A DNA stretch of 64,000 bases from Mobula hypostoma (lineage: Eukaryota): assembly GCF_963921235.1 (NCBI RefSeq), contig NC_086108.1, positions 16,244,001 to 16,308,000 of the forward strand, written 5' to 3'. The notes beneath the pieces were generated by a model. The model did no database searches and was not told where the DNA came from. It saw nothing but the letters and a program-made list of their open reading frames with translations. Positions 63,486 through 64,000 of the stretch are shown one piece after another; position 1 is the stretch's first letter, and each line of letters starts with the position of its first letter. Both the position numbers and the translations under genes were made by a program.

Positions 63486-64000
63486 TTGATATATTGGCTG
63501 AAGATGAGGTCACAGCTCAGTTTTAGTTGGGTGTTTAGTGTTTTTTGATGGTCTGGAGACAAAGAAGGCAGTTGGATTCAGATTATGATTTAAGGGACAG
63601 GGATATGGGCGAATTAGAGGACATGCGGAGTCTTAAGTCTCCGCTCTGTATTTGAAGGACAGCAATGTTGACGTGGGACACCTGAAGATTGGGCTGGGAT
63701 TGCCAGCCGACAGGTTAGTGTGGACGAAGGCTGGTGGCTCCCCTGGGTCAGTGAGTTACCAGCAGCTTCTACAGTCAGTGTTCCATGTGGGCAGGAGAAC
63801 AAAGTCTGATGAACCCCCTGGGTTTGCAATTCAGTGAGACCAGATTAATAAATATATTATTACATCAATCCACAACAAAATTCAAACTCCTAACCTAAAA
63901 GGCACTTTTGCAAGTACGTTAGCTAGACCAAATGTATGGATTCAGCAAGGCAGCCAAGAATTTAAAGCAGTGGCTAACTGGCAGGAGGCAAGGAGTGGGA

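Overview
Vertebrate genomic DNA, probably a cartilaginous fish judging from the repeat families (inference). The window lies inside CEP350 (centrosomal CAP-Gly protein) on the minus strand: 10 internal exons with GT-AG sites and compatible phases, about 1,214 codons, including a 2.3-kb CAP-Gly exon. The introns are mostly transposable elements: CR1 and Rex/Babar LINEs, Penelope-like elements (PLEs) with minimal hammerhead-ribozyme motifs, nested Tc1 transposons, a mariner MITE, a Tigger-like end, a tRNA SINE, a solo LTR and one two-LTR Gypsy-type element. Top observation: the Gypsy element (5465-9686) has a decayed, largely deleted pol that contains an intron-less ~195-codon open segment resembling a sarcomeric myosin heavy-chain rod (closest to MYH16 as recalled), i.e. 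an apparent host-gene capture. Also notable: a (TTAGGG)n insertion inside a PLE, fold-back PLE-terminus insertions with TSDs, and a ~125-bp copy of a CEP350 exon/donor junction at a CR1 5' end. All homologies are by eye and from memory; no searches were run.
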